A stretch of 56,311 nucleotides of DNA, filler included, from Sluysia triapertura (Eukaryota), in assembly GCA_046118255.1 (NCBI GenBank). It is 4 parts of 4 records of this genome, joined end to end, with 100 filler letters (N's around TTAATTAATTAA, not from the genome) between each part and the next. Parts side by side here need not be neighbours in the genome. Positions count along the whole stretch, not along the records: positions 38,438 to 56,311 come from JBJNIA010184390.1; 3 more parts are not named here. One strand, given 5' to 3'. The translations under genes were made by a program, and so were the position numbers. The notes under the pieces are model-generated. The model was not told the DNA's origin. It searched no databases and saw nothing but the letters and a program-made list of their open reading frames with translations. Shown here in pieces: positions 51,721 through 56,311 of this stretch. Each line of letters begins with the position of its first letter. Within the stretch, counting starts at the first letter, position 1.

Positions 51721-54700
51721 CAATATTTATAAACTCCAGAATGTGTTTCTGAACTTATAGTCGTTTTGATTATTGGATCTGTTAGGTTTACTCTTAGATT
51801 ACTTTATTGCAAAATATAATTTTAACACAATGGATTCACCTACAAGAAACGATTTACGTTTATTTACGAGAGCCTTGTAGGATTTAATAATTTAATTTGA
51901 TGTGAGGGCCTACATAACCAAATACTAAAATTAAAACAAAAATCAATATGGTTTATTATGATACAAATGCAATAAGTTTTTTAGAATGGCAGTTTATATA
52001 CTAAATCGAAATATAAATATGCATATATATTTTAGCTGTTTAATATAGAAGGATTTTAACAAGAGAGGGAACTTAAGAATATATATTTTAAAATTAAGGT
52101 TATCTTAGTTCGGAAAATACAAAGATATTCCGAACCACAGATTTTCAGTCAATAGAACAATCAACTAAACAAGTACTTTTGAATATTTTACTATCCATAC
52201 ACTATTATCATTTAAAATATTAGGTAATAATCCCTAATATTGATTTATATTTTGATGGATTTTAATGCTAGCTTTAAATTAGCTCAAATGAAAATGATTG
52301 CAAATTGAGAAAAATATTAAATCTGTATAATTAAAAGTTAATACTTATCATGGAAGTTGATAAAAATTGATAGGTTATTTCTCATGTCCTTCGTAACGAT
52401 TAAATTAAATCCAAAATAGAATTTTCGCGATAATTCACTAATAATCCAATGTTTATGTCCTGAAAACTTTTAATTGTATCGTAAATCTTTTGTGCAAGAA
52501 TTTGATTTTCTTCTGAGCTTTAAATATTGTTGTCAGTTGTGAAGATAGTTTAAAATTTAAATAAAATTATTAAATTCACATCAATAAAGTTTGCATAACA
52601 ATAATCATTAATTTTTAATTATCTAAAACAAAATAATTATTGGTTTATTATTATTAATAAAATTTTATAACTACTAATCATAAAATTTTATGCATCTAAT
52701 GCAACTCTTAATATGCGGAAAACACTACTTTGCATCATATTTTCTACCAATATTATATTATAGACAATAAATTTCTTAATTCCATTGTAAATTATTCTAT
52801 TGTTAATTTCTCACTATAGTTAAAATCATATTGTAGTGTTCAGCTCATTCACAAACTCCTAACACATATAACACAAACATCCACTACACTTTATACCAAC
52901 ACATAATAACTTAAATAAAATATGATATTTTTAATTTGAATAATATATAATATACTGTAATTTAAACAGATTATAATATACTTAAATTACAATAACTTAT
53001 TATATAAAGTTACCTTTAATCCGTCGTGATCACCGTCTCCAACTTCATCAACATTATCGTATTCCTTTTTTTTATTATTGATATTATTGTTATTATTAGT
53101 ACATTTTATTAATAGTAAAACCGGTCATGGTGCACGTAGCTATATAATTACAGTGAAATTTAATAATTATATTCGTTATTCTGTTTCTAAGTCTATTTTT
53201 AGTCCTTAAAACTTATTTTAAACGAAACTGATGTAAATAATAAAGCAAAATAGTCATCATAATTGTAATATCAATTTTTATAATAAACCCCGGCCATACT
53301 TACATCCACTATATTCTCTATATCACAATCAATACAATTTATCAATTTTTATGTATAAAAGTTAAATATCCCAAATGAATGTTATAATTAAGAAACACTA
53401 GATTGTAAATATTAAATAAAAGTAAATCATTAATTAAGTTTATATAGCAGCCAAAACTGTCATACTCTCAATAAATTAAATCAAAATAATCAATGTTAAA
53501 ATAAGTAATAATAAACCGTTATCCTCAAATAATATAAATTATATAAATTTCATTGACGTTATACAAAATATAATTCATGTTTCCAATAATTTTGTTGTGA
53601 AATTAGAAGCTAAATCGGCTTGCCTACATACATTAAAATTTTTAATCACAATTAACAAATAACGCACTCTTTAAGTACATTTATTTCCTTTGATAGCGTG
53701 AAACTCACACTCGTTAGTCAAATCAAATATGATTAGCTCTCCAATCAGAATACTTCAATTTTAATATGCTGTAGTAACACTTTCCGAAAAATATCACTTC
53801 AATCCAAAGTTATTTTACAAAATGCATTTTAATTAATCTAAGTTAATAAACAAATATACTTTCAATTTTTTTATCTGAAATATATTTTAAGGTTTATATT
53901 GTACTATCTAAATATATTATACTTAACAATTTCTCATTACCATATTTTTTTATTACCTTTATTGATTTCTATAATTTCTTTTATTTTTATTATTATTATT
54001 ATTATTAAAATATTTATTTATTAATAATTTATTATTAATTTCATAATTTCCACAAATTTTGATAATACTTTTAATAAATAAATTTTCAATATTAATTTAA
54101 TTTTCATTATTGAATTAATTTTTGTTTTTAATTTAACTTTAGATTTAGATTTGACATACACGTTCATTAGATTCAACATTTTTATACCCTATCTCTTAAG
54201 AATCAAAACAACGATCTACTTCTTGTGGTGATTCAAAATCCTAATTTATCACCTAAAATACAATAATATATCTTTCCAAAATTTGTACAAAACCTTTAAT
54301 TCCTATTTAATCATTTATTGTCACGTCTTCACATTTATTTCCACTGTCATACCTCTAAACATTGTTTATATTTTGTAATGATTCATTGTTTAAATCGAAT
54401 ATTTTATAAATAATTTTTATTATTATAAATTTTATTATCATTAATTGTTATTTTTGTCATTTTAAAAGCCATTAATTTTTATTAACTAAATTTGTCAATA
54501 AAATGTCTGCTCCAATCACTTGTTGCCGTACTTTTTAATAAGATGACATAAAAATTAATAAAAACAATTATTAATTATGTTTGCACTTTTATTTGATAAA
54601 TTTTACGACTTAGTTTTCTTTTTTTTTGTATAAAGTTTTTGGTACTCTAACAGAATCCCAAGTGGATTTCATAATTATTAAATATTATATAGGTTTTAAG

Positions 54701-54808
54701 ACTTTTATAATAAGTTTTAATCTTTTTATAGATTTTGATTTTTGTTTTAAATTATTTGTAAAAATTTAAAACGACCATTTATAATACAATTGAACAAAAG
54801 CTCAGTTT

Positions 54809-54810
<2 letters not shown>

Positions 54811-54870
<60 letters not shown>
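54811..54870. repeat. (AAT)n microsatellite at the start of a cyclase intron
   Basis: Direct reading; it produces the spurious poly-Tyr tail in the ORF track. Confidence 0.95.
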
Positions 54871-54872
<2 letters not shown>

Positions 54873-54882
54873 TAAAACTCAC

Positions 54883-55582
54883 TGCTACAAGTACTTAATT
54901 CGCCAGGGTACTTAACATTTGGAACAATGTATTCTTGTTCATCAAATAAAACAATACCTTTTTTACATTTTTTACTATCTTTTGACTTCATTATCGATTG
55001 TGGTGTTTTGTTTTTTGCGAAACAATTTCCGTTTCCCATAAATTCATCATTGTGATCTTCATTTTCGTCTTCATCTTGATTTTCATATCCATCTTCTTCT
55101 TCTTCTCCTTCTTCTTCTTCTTCGTTATCATCTTTTTCCAATAATTTCATTGCTTCTTGAAATAGTAAATCTTTACTTTCTTGACTTGTTACGTCTCGAC
55201 AAGCGTTGGTATTTGAATAACAATACGGCAGTTTTATACCGTTTGGAATTCCAGTTGTATTCGATGTTACTAAATCTAGGCCCACAGCAAATACTTCTTC
55301 AGAAGGAGGTGGAGAAGTTCCGGATATTTCTTCATTTTTGTTGGAATCTAATACACTTGCCTTATTGACCGGGTCTTCTGCAACAGCCGTCGTCGGAAGA
55401 TTGCTGACATCATTTCCTGGAAAGCACGCCGCTGAACTAATACGTGAACACAAAGATATTGAATCATCAGGACTGAAATTATTTTGTAAAAGATCTTCCT
55501 CTAGCATTTCCTTGAATCTCTGATATTCGATTGTATCTGATTTACGAGATTCAATAAAATATGTGTCCATTTCACCTTTCCC
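54883..55582 (-). CDS. Internal/late exon of a class III adenylate/guanylate cyclase gene (end of catalytic domain plus acidic low-complexity tail); upstream exons lie beyond the window
   Basis: Acceptor TTAACAG followed by GKGEMDTYFI, the (VK)GKG.M.TY(F/W)L motif that ends class III cyclase domains. 700-nt open exon; donor GTGAGT at 54882 just before an (ATT)n tract. The next exon could not be fixed. Confidence 0.75.
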
Positions 55583-56311
55583 CTGTTAATAATAAATAAA
55601 TAAATAAATAAATAAATATTTAATTAACACTAAATGTTGCATTATTAAAACAAAGATTCGATAATTCACTTTAAGCTTGAATAATTAATTTAAAACAAAA
55701 AATAAACAGATTTTTGATAAAGTATGGACATAAAAATGAATAAATATTACAAATAATCTTGGCTTTGTGAAATTATGTTTATGTGGATCAATGAAATCTT
55801 AAGAAACTTAAATATTAGGGTAAAATTCACTAAAATAAGTTCAGTAAAGATGAAAACCAATGAAGAGAGGTTTACTCTATTACTATACTTTGTATACTAT
55901 GTACATATTAGAATTAAAAACTGTCATGAATGCAGAGATAATATCACAATATGATGTACCATTAAAATCATTAACACTAAATCATTATCATGACCTAACA
56001 AATGACGTTTTAGTTTTTACTTAAAAAAATACTATGAAATTGTTCTGTTTTTATCATTGTATAATATGACTCTTAATTTTGCATACAATTTTATATATAG
56101 GTACCGGCCAAATGACCGGTGATGATATGAATAGGTATACATCAAATCTTGGTAGATATAATGTTGAGGAACGTGCAATAAATTTCGACAAAGAAATATC
56201 AAAATCAGAAAAATCAGATTTACATGGTATTGTAAGAAGTTAAAACCTTGGCGATAAGATTATGTCTTATCAAAACAGGAAAATCCAACAGATATTTGAA
56301 TGAAATTGCAA

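Noticed and set aside
54779-54882. Poly-Tyr C-terminus of the 263-aa ORF (also ORF 18905-19225)
   Set aside because: Translation of (ATT)n microsatellites; at 54.9 kb a GTGAGT donor precedes the tract.
56101-56243. Plus-strand exon-like frame GTGQMTGDDMNRY...
   Set aside because: Short, unidentifiable and at the window edge.

Overview
Very AT-rich, repeat-dense eukaryotic (animal) genomic DNA. The 40-bp and 97-bp introns suggest a flatworm-like compact-intron genome, but that is inference. The window is a scaffold with three artificial 100-bp spacers (N44-TTAATTAATTAA-N44) and one 145-N gap. One complete gene can be built by hand: a six-exon, 948-aa ERMP1-type M28 membrane metallopeptidase on the minus strand (24494-14777). 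At the right end is one exon of a class III adenylate/guanylate cyclase gene (GKGEMDTYF). Most of the remainder is decayed transposons: gag-bearing Ty3/Gypsy copies with a tRNA-Met-like PBS, a Gypsy pol relic, mariner and pogo relics, and piggyBac and Tc1/mariner MITEs. There are also host-gene fragments (dynein light chain, TTC29-like TPRs). Most interesting: (1) a dispersed element family, 3-4 copies, in which an LTR-like segment starting TGTGGTG precedes RNA-binding-protein coding sequence, namely a CCCH finger with the same unusual C-x9-C-x6-C-x3-H spacing in the three clear copies and, in one copy, an RBFOX-type RRM; (2) a 154-bp TG..CA solo LTR containing a tRNA-like sequence, with its empty site visible elsewhere in the window; (3) nine copies of a bulged hairpin with covarying stems upstream of a putative PPT/LTR junction.
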